The notes beneath the pieces are model-generated. The model was not told the DNA's origin and did not search any database. It saw nothing but the letters and a program-made list of their open reading frames with translations. 64,000 bases of DNA from Patescibacteria group bacterium. Lineage in GTDB: Bacteria > Patescibacteriota > Patescibacteriia > JAHIZJ01. Positions within the stretch are counted from its first letter, which is position 1. Each line of letters starts with the position of its first letter. Of this stretch, positions 33,279 to 43,474 are shown piece by piece. The stretch lies in contig JBAZLK010000002.1 of the NCBI GenBank assembly GCA_041650335.1, positions 41,818-105,817 of the forward strand, given 5' to 3'. Position numbers and translations under genes: made by a program.

Positions 33279-33973
33279 GGTTGTATGTACGTTATGCCAG
33301 AGACAACGACGACAAACTCGCCGCGGACATGGTCAGGCTGAGCCTGGAAATATTTACGACACTCGGCAATCGGGCCACGCCAGCATTCTTCGAATTTCTT
33401 GGTCAGTTCGCGGGCCACGAAAACGATTCGATCCGGTGCCAGCATCTCGCCTAAGGAATCAAGTGTCTTCATAAACCGATGCGGCGATTCGTAAAAAATA
33501 ACCGTTTCTTCGCTCTCGGCAATGCGACGGAAGAGCGTTTCGCGCCCTTTTTTATGGGGCAAAAAACCCAGAAAGGTAAAACGATCAGTTGGCAAACCAC
33601 TCGCGCTGGCTGCGACCGTCAGCGCCGACGCTCCAGGAACAGCTTCGATGCGAACCGCCGAACCAAGTTTGCGGTTAACGTATTCAACCAGCACGTTCCC
33701 GGGATCGGAAATGCCAGGCGTGCCCGCGTCGGAAACGAGAGCGATTTTTTCACCCTGACGGAGATATTCCACGATGTCATCCAGCCGCTCGATGCGACTG
33801 TGCTGGTGGTAACTGAGCAGCGGTTTGTCGATTTGAAAATGTGACAAGAGTTTTCTTGTCACCCGCGTGTCCTCGCAGAGAATGCGATCAGCTTCCCGCA
33901 ATATCCGTATCGCCCGAAGACTCGTGTCTTCCAAATTGCCGATCGGCGTGGCCACAACAAAAAGCGTGCCCAT
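33275..33973 (-). CDS. rsmI: 16S rRNA C1402 2'-O-methyltransferase
   Basis: VATPIGNLED, CEDTR, SDAGTPGISDPG, YESPHR, RELTKKFEE. Confidence 0.96.
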   Translation of the reverse strand: MGTLFVVATPIGNLEDTSLRAIRILREADRILCEDTRVTRKLLSHFQIDKPLLSYHQHSRIERLDDIVEYLRQGEKIALVSDAGTPGISDPGNVLVEYVNRKLGSAVRIEAVPGASALTVAASASGLPTDRFTFLGFLPHKKGRETLFRRIAESEETVIFYESPHRFMKTLDSLGEMLAPDRIVFVARELTKKFEECWRGPIAECRKYFQAQPDHVRGEFVVVVSGITYIQP

Positions 33974-33976
33974 GGG

Positions 33977-35038
33977 TCATTCCGAGTCAGGCTCAAGCGC
34001 GTTATCTTTGTCGCGTTGCTTGCCGAAAAAATCGCTCATGAGCACCTGAATAATCGCCGCTGTCGGGATAGCTAAGATAACGCCGAAAAATCCGCCGAGC
34101 CGACCACCGATCAGCATGGCAATAATGACCACAATAGGATTCAGGCCGACGGCCTTCTGCATCACCTTCGGCACGATTAAATTGTTTTCTAATTGTTGTA
34201 CGAGAATATAGAGAATGAGGACGAGCAACGCTTTTATCGGCGACTGGGCAAAGCTTAAAAACAAGGCGGGTATGGCGCTGATAATCGGTCCAATCATCGG
34301 CACCGCTTCAAGAAGACCGGCGATCAAGGCCAGGACGAGGGCATATTTCACGCCGAGGATCGACAGACCGATATAGCTCATCAAGAAAATAATGAAGCAG
34401 AGCAACAATTGTCCCCGTAACCAGGAACCGAGTTTCGAGACAATGCGATTCCCAAGGTGCGTCAGATAGGGCTGGTACTGCGTCGGCGATATGGAATGGA
34501 GCGACTTCTTCCAGCCGTCGCGTTCCAGTGTCAGGTAAAATGCAATGACCATAATGCTCAAGAATGACGCAAAGCCGCCGAATATGCTGATCAAGCTCGA
34601 AAAGACTCCGGACGCCGCCTGGCTCAAGCCTTTGTTTATCTGCTCAAGCGATGACTGGATACTCGCCACCACCGCACTATCGGCGTTTGATGTTTGGAGC
34701 GCTTTAAACCCTTGAACAATCTTGTTGTAATAATTTGGAAAAGCCGAGATAATTGCACCAATCTGTTCAGTCAACGGTGGAATGATCAGCGCCACAATCA
34801 GGCCAAAAACGCCGAGAAAAATCGCATACAGGATGGCTGTGCCGAGAACGCGCGGTACTTTTCGGTCCTGGAGCCAATCAACCCAGGGCGAAATGCCGGC
34901 CATAATGATCAAGGCCACGTACAGAATGCCAACAACGTTTCGGATCGTAAAAACGAACCAAATCGCAATAATAATAAGAATTACCTTAAAAATCGAGCCG
35001 GTTGAAATCGTAATCGTGGTTTTGTCTTTTTCCGCCAT
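33977..35038 (-). CDS. AI-2E family transporter
   Basis: Multi-TM, WLRGQL, QQLENNLIVPKV, GVILAIP. Confidence 0.92.
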   Translation of the reverse strand: MAEKDKTTITISTGSIFKVILIIIAIWFVFTIRNVVGILYVALIIMAGISPWVDWLQDRKVPRVLGTAILYAIFLGVFGLIVALIIPPLTEQIGAIISAFPNYYNKIVQGFKALQTSNADSAVVASIQSSLEQINKGLSQAASGVFSSLISIFGGFASFLSIMVIAFYLTLERDGWKKSLHSISPTQYQPYLTHLGNRIVSKLGSWLRGQLLLCFIIFLMSYIGLSILGVKYALVLALIAGLLEAVPMIGPIISAIPALFLSFAQSPIKALLVLILYILVQQLENNLIVPKVMQKAVGLNPIVVIIAMLIGGRLGGFFGVILAIPTAAIIQVLMSDFFGKQRDKDNALEPDSE

Positions 35039-35082
35039 AGTCGCTTCTTAGTATACTAAAAATGTGTCTTCTCGGCAATTTT

Positions 35083-36360
35083 TTACAGCACGTTGTTCAC
35101 AACGCGTTTAAGAGGCTGGGTTTTGCGAATCGGGCCAATCGTGGCCAAATTGAAAAACGGTTTCCGGAATAGGCGTTGGGCCAGCCGTTTCAGCGCCGGT
35201 GCTGTGACGGCATTGATCTTGGCTAAACGTTCTTCGGGCGTTTCAACCTTTCGAAGCAGCGCCTCCTGCCGGCCGTACCACGAGGCGAGGTGGCTTGAAT
35301 CCTCAAGCTCGAGGATCATTTTGCCGCGCACAAACTGTTTGGCCTTCGCCAGCTCGGCGTCCGTAACGCCGGTGCGTTTTACTTTCTGTAATTCTTGGAG
35401 AATTGCCGTGACTGCCAGAGTAAGCCTCGTTTTATCAACACCGGCCTGGACGCAGAAGGCCCCGGTATCCTCATACGGGTTAACGCTCGCATGGATAAAA
35501 TAGGCCAAGCCCTGCCGCTCCCGGATCGAGATAAAGAGACGCGAGCTCATGTTGCCGCCGAGGATGATGCTCAAAAGCTCGAGCGCCGGTAGGTCGTGGT
35601 CCGTGTATGACAGCGCCGGAAAGCCGAGGCAAAGTTGGACTTGCTCGGTTTTTTTGTATTGCACGGTGAGCCGCGGCTGCTGCTGACGTCGACGAAACTG
35701 CGCCACTGCGCCGGCTGGACGGCCACGCCGCCAGGAGCCGAAGAACTTAATGATTTGCTTTTTGACGTCGCCGTCAACCGGCCCAGCGACAACCACCACT
35801 GCGTTCCGAGCGGTGTAATACTGGCTGAAGTAATCGACCACGCTTGACCGTTGCAAGGTGCGGATATTCGCCCGTGAACCGGCAATCAGACGGCCGAGCG
35901 GGTGATATTTCCCAAAAACCGTTTGTTCAAAGAGGTCCTCGACATACATCAAGGGGTTGTCCTCATACATGTTTATTTCTTCGACGATGACGCCCTTTTC
36001 GCGTTGAACTTCAGCCGGATCGAATTTTGAGCTGAGCACCATGTCAGACAAGACGTCCAGGGCCAGTTTAATCTTCGAGCGATGGATTTTTATATAGTAG
36101 GCAGTGTGATCCTTCGAGGTAAAGGCGTTATATTCGGCGCCCACCTGATCGAGCGCTTTTGATATTTCGAGCGTGGACGGACGCTTTTTTGTGCCCTTGA
36201 ACATCATGTGCTCGAGAAAATGAGAAATGCCGTTCAGCCGGGGCGTTTCACACCGAGAACCGACTTTTACCACAACAAAAACGGTGATGGCCTCAGAGCC
36301 GGGCCGTGGCACCGTGAGAACGCGTAAGCCGTTTTTAAGAACGGTCTTTTTATATTTCAT
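35083..36360 (-). CDS. M16 (pitrilysin-like) zinc peptidase
   Basis: HFLEH inverted zincin motif, NAFT, SSRLF..IRE. Confidence 0.95.
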   Translation of the reverse strand: MKYKKTVLKNGLRVLTVPRPGSEAITVFVVVKVGSRCETPRLNGISHFLEHMMFKGTKKRPSTLEISKALDQVGAEYNAFTSKDHTAYYIKIHRSKIKLALDVLSDMVLSSKFDPAEVQREKGVIVEEINMYEDNPLMYVEDLFEQTVFGKYHPLGRLIAGSRANIRTLQRSSVVDYFSQYYTARNAVVVVAGPVDGDVKKQIIKFFGSWRRGRPAGAVAQFRRRQQQPRLTVQYKKTEQVQLCLGFPALSYTDHDLPALELLSIILGGNMSSRLFISIRERQGLAYFIHASVNPYEDTGAFCVQAGVDKTRLTLAVTAILQELQKVKRTGVTDAELAKAKQFVRGKMILELEDSSHLASWYGRQEALLRKVETPEERLAKINAVTAPALKRLAQRLFRKPFFNLATIGPIRKTQPLKRVVNNVL

Positions 36361-37673
36361 GACAGCTTCTCGCTTATAATCGCGAATAATTCTGCCAGCG
36401 CGACGCGTTCCTGCTTCATGCTGTCACGGTCACGGATGGTGACTTTTTTATCGTCGAGGGTGTCAAAATCAACCGTCACGCAAAAAGGCGTACCGATCTC
36501 GTCCTGGCGGCGGTAGCGCCGGCCGATCGAAGCCACGTCGTCGTACGCGCACGTGAATTTATTCTTAAGTTCATCGAAAATTTTCAACGCCGCCGCCGCT
36601 AACGGTTCTTTTTTCGACAACGGCAGGATTGCCACTTTAATCGGCGCTAAACTTTTGTGGAGATGCAGGACGACTTCCTTGTCTTTATTGCTTTCGGTCG
36701 TGGTTGTCCGGCCGCCCTCGATCTCGTCGTAGGCGTCCAGTAAGAACGCCAGGGCTGACCGTTCCACGCCGAAGGAGGGTTCAATAACGTATGGCACAAA
36801 TTCTTCCTTTTCATCCTTATATTTCAGGCCGTGCGCCTTGAGATCAAAATCCGTCCGGTTGGCGATGCCCATGAGCTCGCCCCAGCCCTTGTCAAACGGC
36901 CAGTTATATTCAACATCGACTGTCTCTTTCGCGTAATGGGCCAGTTCGTCTTTCGCCTGTTTATGTTCGCGAATGTTTCCTTTTCTAATGCCGAGATCGC
37001 GAAACCATTTCACGCTATCGGCCACAAGGGTTTTAAACCATTTGTCATCTTCGCCCGGCTTCACAAAATATTCCAGCTCCATCTGTTCAAATTCGCGCGT
37101 CCGGAAAATAAAATTGCCCGGCGTGATTTCGTTCCGGAAGGCTTTGCCGATCTGGGCAATGCCAAACGGCACCTTCATTCGTGAACTTTGGACGACGTTT
37201 TCGAAATTAATGAAGATATTTTGAGCGGTCTCGGGTCGCAAGTACGCCGTTGAGCCGGTGTTTTCCACCGGACCGACAAAGGTTCTGAACATCAGATTAA
37301 AATCCTTCGCTGATTCAAAATCTTTCTGACCGCAATCAGGGCATTCCAGGGTTGCCACCAGATCGTCCTGTTTGAACCGGTGATGGCAGTTTTTGCACTC
37401 GACGAGCTTGTCCGAAAATCCGACGAGGTGGCCGCTTTTTTCCCAAACTTTTGGATTGGTAATGATCGCGCTGTCCAAGCCGACCACATCGCGCCGTTCC
37501 TGGACAAAGCGCTGCCACCAGACCCGCTTAATATTGTTTTTCAGCTCAACGCCGAGCGGACCCCAATCCCAAAAACCGCCGAGCCCGCCGTATTTTTCCG
37601 CGGTCGGAAAAATAAAGCCCCGGCGCTTAGCCAATGACACCAATTTCTCCATTAATACCTTGTCTCTTGACAT
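36357..37673 (-). CDS. glyQS: Glycine-tRNA ligase, alpha2 type
   Basis: YLRPETAQ, FRNEITP, FEQME, VIEPSFG, IGRRYRRQDEIGTP. Confidence 0.96.
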   Translation of the reverse strand: MSRDKVLMEKLVSLAKRRGFIFPTAEKYGGLGGFWDWGPLGVELKNNIKRVWWQRFVQERRDVVGLDSAIITNPKVWEKSGHLVGFSDKLVECKNCHHRFKQDDLVATLECPDCGQKDFESAKDFNLMFRTFVGPVENTGSTAYLRPETAQNIFINFENVVQSSRMKVPFGIAQIGKAFRNEITPGNFIFRTREFEQMELEYFVKPGEDDKWFKTLVADSVKWFRDLGIRKGNIREHKQAKDELAHYAKETVDVEYNWPFDKGWGELMGIANRTDFDLKAHGLKYKDEKEEFVPYVIEPSFGVERSALAFLLDAYDEIEGGRTTTTESNKDKEVVLHLHKSLAPIKVAILPLSKKEPLAAAALKIFDELKNKFTCAYDDVASIGRRYRRQDEIGTPFCVTVDFDTLDDKKVTIRDRDSMKQERVALAELFAIISEKLS

Positions 37674-37759
37674 ATTATTGAAAATAGTATAATCTACCTG
37701 CGTTAGATGTAGAAGTTGACTAACCTGAAACGGAACGAACCTTAGGAAGGGGCAAAAAG

Positions 37760-38023
37760 ATGGACTACGTTCTCATGACCGTCGTCGATGAACGCGACCA
37801 GACCCTTTCTGGTCCGCTCCCAACTGCTTCTCTTCCCAGCCGCGGAGAAATCGTCCACGGATGCGGCCGGATCATCTCGATCCAGACCTTTCCCGGAACA
37901 CCGACACATGTCAGGGTGAAGGTCGCAACCCATCCGCTCGTCTGCTACACCGTCTATCAGCTGACACTCCTCGATGAGCACAACAACCCCTTTGTTCTGA
38001 ACGTACCCCTCTGCTTCAACTAG
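37760..38023 (+). CDS. Orphan protein (87 aa)
   Basis: Purine-rich SD; TTGACA/TATAAT pair at 37667-37693 (15-nt spacer); long hairpin plus U tract downstream. Confidence 0.6.
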   Translation: MDYVLMTVVDERDQTLSGPLPTASLPSRGEIVHGCGRIISIQTFPGTPTHVRVKVATHPLVCYTVYQLTLLDEHNNPFVLNVPLCFN

Positions 38024-38062
38024 CCGAGGTGATTGCGCGCGCGGCCTCGTTGCTGCGCCCCG

Positions 38063-38122
38063 CCGGGCTTTCTGAGCCTTGCACCCCCGAGGTCTTTCAG
38101 AAACGCCCGGTTTTTCTTTTTG
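38063..38122 (+). terminator. Long imperfect hairpin with U tract
   Basis: CCGGGC-TTTCTGA...TCAGAAA-c-GCCCGG-TTTTTTCTTTTT. Confidence 0.6.
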
Positions 38123-38213
38123 CAAAAAACTCCAGCTTATTATAGCTGATTTTAATATAATTCGCAAACATTTTTATTATCAGCGGGGTAAATGAAAAAG
38201 CCCGAGCTGACGC

Positions 38214-38444
38214 TCAGGCGCGAGGCGGTGCCGGTCTATCCGTCCACCGTCCCTGTTTGTGATACCCGCAACTACTGCACTGGATGACCAAGTCGCCGCC
38301 CGCAAGTCGGGTACAACCGGCTGTGCTGCGGCAATCCGGGCATTCCACCAGACAATTGCGTGCTTCCCGATCCGCAAACTGATGCTCGATGTAGGCGGCC
38401 ATTTCAGGATCGAGCTGCCGCCTCAGGTCCAGGCAAATCCTCAT
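38214..38444 (-). CDS. Small zinc-ribbon protein (76 aa)
   Basis: CPDC and CSSC pairs; SD AGGAGG. Confidence 0.65.
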   Translation of the reverse strand: MRICLDLRRQLDPEMAAYIEHQFADREARNCLVECPDCRSTAGCTRLAGGDLVIQCSSCGYHKQGRWTDRPAPPRA

Positions 38445-39690
38445 GTCCCGCCCTCCTGTCTGCCATTTCCGTGAGGTTGCCGGTCAGTTTCTGCGAGGAC
38501 TGCTTCAGCAATTCCCGGGCATCTGACAGCGTGCTCCGATCACGCGCCCGCACAAGCGCCTGTGCCTCGCTGACCAGGGAAATCGCGTCTGCCGTCACCG
38601 GCTGGGCAAAACCGGTTTCGTCGATCTGCCTGAGCAACTGGAGGCTGTGCTCAAGCTGTCGTTCTGCCGTGACCCAACCGAATGAGCGTTTCTTCTCGAG
38701 TAGAGCCCGGTGCATCAGATAGATGACGCGTTCGATCACGATCTGCGCTTGTTTCAGCCGAGCCGACATGAGCGAGCGGCTGGCTAACTGCCGATACTCA
38801 GCGAGACTGCCGCCGATCAAGCACTCGGCGCCGGTCCGCAGTTCCCCACTGATGTACCGGGCATTGACAACATACGGCCGGAAGTCGATGCCATCAAGCT
38901 CCTGGGCCAGAATGAGCTGGTAGTGGTGGATCCGCCGGACATCCCGCCGATCTGCCGAGGCAAAGGCGGACGGCTGAACCACCAGCTCGAGGTAGTCCGT
39001 CAGCCGGCCGAATACATAGTTGGCCCAGCAGATGAGGTTCAGGAACACCTTTTCCCGCATGGCCACCACCGGTTCGATTCGCATGATCGCCTGCATGAGT
39101 CGCTCTTCGGTCAGATCCATGAGCTTCAGCGTTTGAGCCAGCAGCGCGCCTTCATTCGGACGCCCACGGCTGTCCCGGGCCTCACTCATCCGACCCAAGA
39201 TATCGAGGATATCCCGTTTCGGCAGACTGCGCGGCCGCTGCATTCCCGGTTTCTGGAGGATCTGTCGGGCGATCGGTCGCAACCGGGCGGCGTACTCATC
39301 GGCATTGTTCCAGCGCAAGCCGACCACGGCGCGATTCAACGCCTGAGCCAGATCTCTGACTTCCAGGATGGTCAGCTTCTCGCCTTGACCAAGCGTCAGA
39401 CCGTACTGGGCCAGGACGGCCAGTACCTGGCGAAAGGCCTTGTACGAGCCGTCAACCAGCTGGAAGCGGAGGTGTTCCGGTTTCCAGCGGTAGCGCCGGC
39501 GGCGATTGGCGATCAGCTCATCGAGAACTTCTTCCCAGCGCGGCACGGCGATGAACCCGCCAAACTGAACGGGCTGAGTTACGATCGCAATGTCTGAGCC
39601 GAAAACGTCGACGCGACCGGTGATATCCGCCGGCCGATCCTTCACATAGACCCGAATCGGCAATACCGAGTCACTTCCAATCGGACGCAT
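38404..39690 (-). CDS. Orphan 428-aa, probably helical protein
   Basis: Long GC-rich ORF, SD GGAGG, promoter TTGACA-17-TATGAT (39745-39773); no family recognised. Confidence 0.8.
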   Translation of the reverse strand: MRPIGSDSVLPIRVYVKDRPADITGRVDVFGSDIAIVTQPVQFGGFIAVPRWEEVLDELIANRRRRYRWKPEHLRFQLVDGSYKAFRQVLAVLAQYGLTLGQGEKLTILEVRDLAQALNRAVVGLRWNNADEYAARLRPIARQILQKPGMQRPRSLPKRDILDILGRMSEARDSRGRPNEGALLAQTLKLMDLTEERLMQAIMRIEPVVAMREKVFLNLICWANYVFGRLTDYLELVVQPSAFASADRRDVRRIHHYQLILAQELDGIDFRPYVVNARYISGELRTGAECLIGGSLAEYRQLASRSLMSARLKQAQIVIERVIYLMHRALLEKKRSFGWVTAERQLEHSLQLLRQIDETGFAQPVTADAISLVSEAQALVRARDRSTLSDARELLKQSSQKLTGNLTEMADRRAGHEDLPGPEAAARS

Positions 39691-39785
39691 GTTATCCTCC
39701 CTCTTCCAGGTTCGCGGTGTTTCTATCGTTTCATCCGAAGACCTATCATAGGAATACCCGACACTTTTGTCAAGGTTTATGAATT

Positions 39786-39815
39786 ACAAGCGAGGCCGGT
39801 TTCGACCTCGCTTGT
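39786..39815. terminator. Intergenic hairpin, likely terminator
   Basis: ACAAGCGAGG...CCTCGCTTGT perfect 10-bp stem. Confidence 0.6.
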
Positions 39816-39837
39816 TTCTCTATAAAAACGATGTGTC

Positions 39838-40215
39838 CTAGAGTGTTGAGTTCACCGCTAAGGCTGAGACTAAGCCCATGATAAAGCCAAACGCAAACGA
39901 GATAATGAGCACGACAATGCCGACCTTATCAAGAAGCTTTTGGCGTTTTTCAAACGCTGCAAAGTCTGACCAGTTACCTTTTTCCCAGGACATTTTCCGG
40001 CCGCGGATGATGCCGCGAATCCAAATGTACAGATTGACAATCGGAACGAGCGATAAGAGGGCGTCGATCATCAAACCGCTGGCGAGAAAATAGATCAGCC
40101 CGAGACTAAAGGCGCCGAATGAGCCGCGTCCGATAAACGCCGCCTGTTCCGGTGTTACCGTTTTTGCCGCCGGAGCCGGTGGCGTGGGGACGGTCCCCGC
40201 TGGTTGGTTTTCCAT
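39838..40215 (-). CDS. Small membrane protein
   Basis: Pro-rich N-terminus, GAF-containing TM segments, C-terminal TM. Confidence 0.8.
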   Translation of the reverse strand: MENQPAGTVPTPPAPAAKTVTPEQAAFIGRGSFGAFSLGLIYFLASGLMIDALLSLVPIVNLYIWIRGIIRGRKMSWEKGNWSDFAAFEKRQKLLDKVGIVVLIISFAFGFIMGLVSALAVNSTL

Positions 40216-40393
40216 GTTTGTTTCATTATTAATTACCTATTTAATAAGTTTATTATCTTTTCATCTTCTATCGCCAACTCATACGTCGCTGCCGTCGCGA
40301 GAAATGTTTCTATGACAAGACCCTGATTACTACTGGCTTTTACTTTTGCGTTGTTCCCAATTTCATAAATATGTCTTTATTTTAATAATCTCT

Positions 40394-43300
40394 CTACCCG
40401 TCCGGACCTTCCGGTTCAGGCGGTTTGCCGCCGTTCCCTGTGATCTCTTCGAGCTTCAGATCATCGCACCAGATCTCACCGGTTCCAGCCGTACTTGACT
40501 GAAGCGGAGTATGATAACACATGACTCTGACGTAGTGGGCGTTCGGATTATCAGCATTTAGGGTGTATGTAATATATTCCCAATCCGTGTTGCCGGAAAC
40601 CTTGGTAACATCAGCTAACGGAACATTCAGGCCGCAACTTGCCCAGATATTGCCGTGGCCGGAGTCCAGGCACTCGGCAGCTATCGTACCGAAACATTGA
40701 TCGTCCCAACAACTTGATCTTACATAGCCGGAAAGCTTGTATTGCTTGCCTGGTATAATGTGCAGGTCTTGCGCAACAAAGGCATGCAGTCCGCTGTCAG
40801 CTGTTTTTTGGATCTTCAACGACTTGGTACCCCAATGACCTACTGTATTATCGATAATTCCGGGCCAGGCACTTTGTTCCCAGCCATCAGGCAGCCTATC
40901 GCCGAACGTGGCGTTGTCATTGGCATAGCCTGAATAGAAATCAGTGCCATAATCCCATTCAAAGCTTTGATTGCGAATGTTCAATCCTACCGGTAGTATT
41001 CTGAACTGACTGTCGCTAACATCATAAACAGTGTCGCTATTCATGAGCAGCTTGATGCTGTAACCATCCGATTGATTATCTATTTGATTTGTGTGCCAGA
41101 GATAGCGGCCATCATTGGCCGTTCCTGAAGTAATGGTTCTGAGATACACTGGGCCTTGTGATTGTTGTAGGTATTGTAGCGTGACTGTGCCCAGACACCG
41201 TCCTGGCCGTTCCCAGCGGATCACCATCGGGTCGCCCCGAAGTGGTGCTTCACCGCCGTTCGGCGAAACCAGCTGCGGCGCGCAGGCATGTGAATCGATC
41301 ACGCCGAATGGTTGATATTCCCAATCCGTAATTCTGATCTGCCGTAAACCGACATAGTAGACTTTATCATTTGGTAAACCGTCAATATACCGGTTGAAAT
41401 ACCCGCCGGGCGGAAAGTTCGGACCATCGAGAGGTGGAAGAGAAAGATTTGTAGCTTGAGCAAACCACTCGTCATTTGATTGATAGGGTGTTTCGGAATA
41501 TTTCAGTTCAGCCTGTTCCGGCGGCCCATTTGAGTCAACAGCCAGCCGGAGCATGTTCCAGACTCCGCCATGTTCCTCGGGCATCTGAAGATCCAGCCAA
41601 CCGCCATTGACATCAGTGAGAAGTTCCTCCAACCGCGGCCAGCGCTGGCCATTATCAAGTTCGTTGGATTCGGGAATTGTATTATCCGGATCAACCATCA
41701 CCAAAAGGACGCCCTGTTGATCTGGCATCGTAAAACTACGCCGGAACGTAAACGTTGTTGATGATTTTGACAACTGGACGGGGAATCGGTCGACCTGCAG
41801 CCAGCTATTAGGGTATTCCCAGGCATCATAGGGGACGATGTATACACCAACATCAAAATTAGCCACACTGACTCCATTGTGCCCGGTTGTTGCCTCATAA
41901 TATACTGACTCCCCAATCGGGATGAATTGTTCCCAGCATTGACCAGTAAGATTCTGTAAACAATCAACCCTTGTCATTTCGGTATCTGCCCCGTAAAATC
42001 TCCAATTTGAAGAATACAAATTTACTACTGGCGGGTCTTGTGCATTGAGAAGGCCAAGATTGTACTCATCCGTTCCCCAAACTTTAGGAAATGGGTTGGC
42101 CTCTACTGTCATGACTGAAAGATTGCCTGCTACATGATCAAGGCCAAGTGCATGACCAATTTCATGGAGAACAACTGCTTTATAGTTCATGTATGAAACA
42201 TCACTACCTTGTTCTATCCGTTCGATGAAATCTTGTCCATAATTTTCAGACCACTGGATACTATTATTAATGGCAATCACAGCGGCTAATATATCCCCGG
42301 AGGTACTAAGTTCACAGGACGTTTTTCCGATTGCATCATCCTCGAATATATTTGAGGTAATATTACATGAGGTATCGTATTCGCTGCAGTCAGCGTCGTC
42401 ATCGCACCAAGTATTTTCATCACTGCCACAATGCCCGAATTCCCGCATATTGCCTATTAGCACGGTCCCTTCGCCCAGAAAAAACGGAGCAACTCCCATT
42501 CCATCATCATTCATAAATGGGTCAACCCATAGATCATCTTCGCGCACGGTGGTTAGCGAGATGGATGCATTTGCTCGAGACCAATCATCCGCCGAGGACT
42601 GAACGGCGCTATAACGAGTATCCTCGTCAACAAAGCTATGATTCGTATGAATTTCCATAATTGAATCCGCCCATTTTCCATCGCATGATAATTCTACGCC
42701 GGGTGAATCTTGTATTGACGCGAGAGTGGGAAGATCTACTCCTGCAATGCCATCGAGCGCTTCACTCGACTCGATATTAAATATACGTCCCACCTGTTCG
42801 ACAAATTTTGTAAGAGGAACTGGTTGTGCAATAGCTTTTATTCTTCCAGATCCAAACTCAAACGGTTTCCCCTGATTATTCAAAACGACGGCCTGGTTTT
42901 GGTTATCTTTTCCAACGCGATATATTCCCTTTCCCCGATCCGCAAAAGGAGAGGTGCTACCCCTATCAGCCAAAAACAGTACGTCGACGTCGCCAGTTTT
43001 TATAACCGGCATACCATTGATAGCAATTGTTCGTCCATTGTTTAATGTTCCACCAGTGTGTGTAATGGTGATTGTTTCGCCTTGCTTCGCGTCTCCCAAA
43101 ATCGGAGATAACACTTCAATATCATACTCGGTCCGGGCTGACTCTTGGGGTGTGGGTGTCGGAAGCTGAACAATGACGTTCCGTTTATCTGTCACGCGAC
43201 CGAGAACGATGCTCTTGGTATCAGCGACAAGGTCGATGAAGTCTTTTTGTCCCTGTGCGACTTGCTGCTGCTCGGACATTGTCATCTTTCCCGTCAGCAC

Positions 43301-43462
43301 ATCTGTGTCGTTCTTAATGGGTTGGATTGATACCTGTCTACCTGGTTTCAACGGAACAGTAATTGCATATAACGCGAAGAGTGACGCGCCTAACGCGACA
43401 ATAACAAATGTTTTAAGTACCGTGCTCTGACTAATTTTTGTTTTTTGTTCCACTTGGTACAT
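40394..43462 (-). CDS. Membrane-anchored/secreted metzincin metalloprotease with probable Ig-like and carbohydrate-binding domains
   Basis: N-terminal TM; HEIGHALGLDH plus Met-turn SVM; VDPDNTIPESNELDN (CARDB-like); SPNGGE; N.SFE...DDLKL (CBM4/9-like). Confidence 0.85.
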   Translation of the reverse strand: MYQVEQKTKISQSTVLKTFVIVALGASLFALYAITVPLKPGRQVSIQPIKNDTDVLTGKMTMSEQQQVAQGQKDFIDLVADTKSIVLGRVTDKRNVIVQLPTPTPQESARTEYDIEVLSPILGDAKQGETITITHTGGTLNNGRTIAINGMPVIKTGDVDVLFLADRGSTSPFADRGKGIYRVGKDNQNQAVVLNNQGKPFEFGSGRIKAIAQPVPLTKFVEQVGRIFNIESSEALDGIAGVDLPTLASIQDSPGVELSCDGKWADSIMEIHTNHSFVDEDTRYSAVQSSADDWSRANASISLTTVREDDLWVDPFMNDDGMGVAPFFLGEGTVLIGNMREFGHCGSDENTWCDDDADCSEYDTSCNITSNIFEDDAIGKTSCELSTSGDILAAVIAINNSIQWSENYGQDFIERIEQGSDVSYMNYKAVVLHEIGHALGLDHVAGNLSVMTVEANPFPKVWGTDEYNLGLLNAQDPPVVNLYSSNWRFYGADTEMTRVDCLQNLTGQCWEQFIPIGESVYYEATTGHNGVSVANFDVGVYIVPYDAWEYPNSWLQVDRFPVQLSKSSTTFTFRRSFTMPDQQGVLLVMVDPDNTIPESNELDNGQRWPRLEELLTDVNGGWLDLQMPEEHGGVWNMLRLAVDSNGPPEQAELKYSETPYQSNDEWFAQATNLSLPPLDGPNFPPGGYFNRYIDGLPNDKVYYVGLRQIRITDWEYQPFGVIDSHACAPQLVSPNGGEAPLRGDPMVIRWERPGRCLGTVTLQYLQQSQGPVYLRTITSGTANDGRYLWHTNQIDNQSDGYSIKLLMNSDTVYDVSDSQFRILPVGLNIRNQSFEWDYGTDFYSGYANDNATFGDRLPDGWEQSAWPGIIDNTVGHWGTKSLKIQKTADSGLHAFVAQDLHIIPGKQYKLSGYVRSSCWDDQCFGTIAAECLDSGHGNIWASCGLNVPLADVTKVSGNTDWEYITYTLNADNPNAHYVRVMCYHTPLQSSTAGTGEIWCDDLKLEEITGNGGKPPEPEGPDG

Positions 43463-43474
43463 TTGATAATTATC

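Noticed and set aside
40233-40376. Startless ~47-codon minus-strand frame, possible gene remnant
   Set aside because: No ATG start, no recognisable motif, and short enough to be chance.
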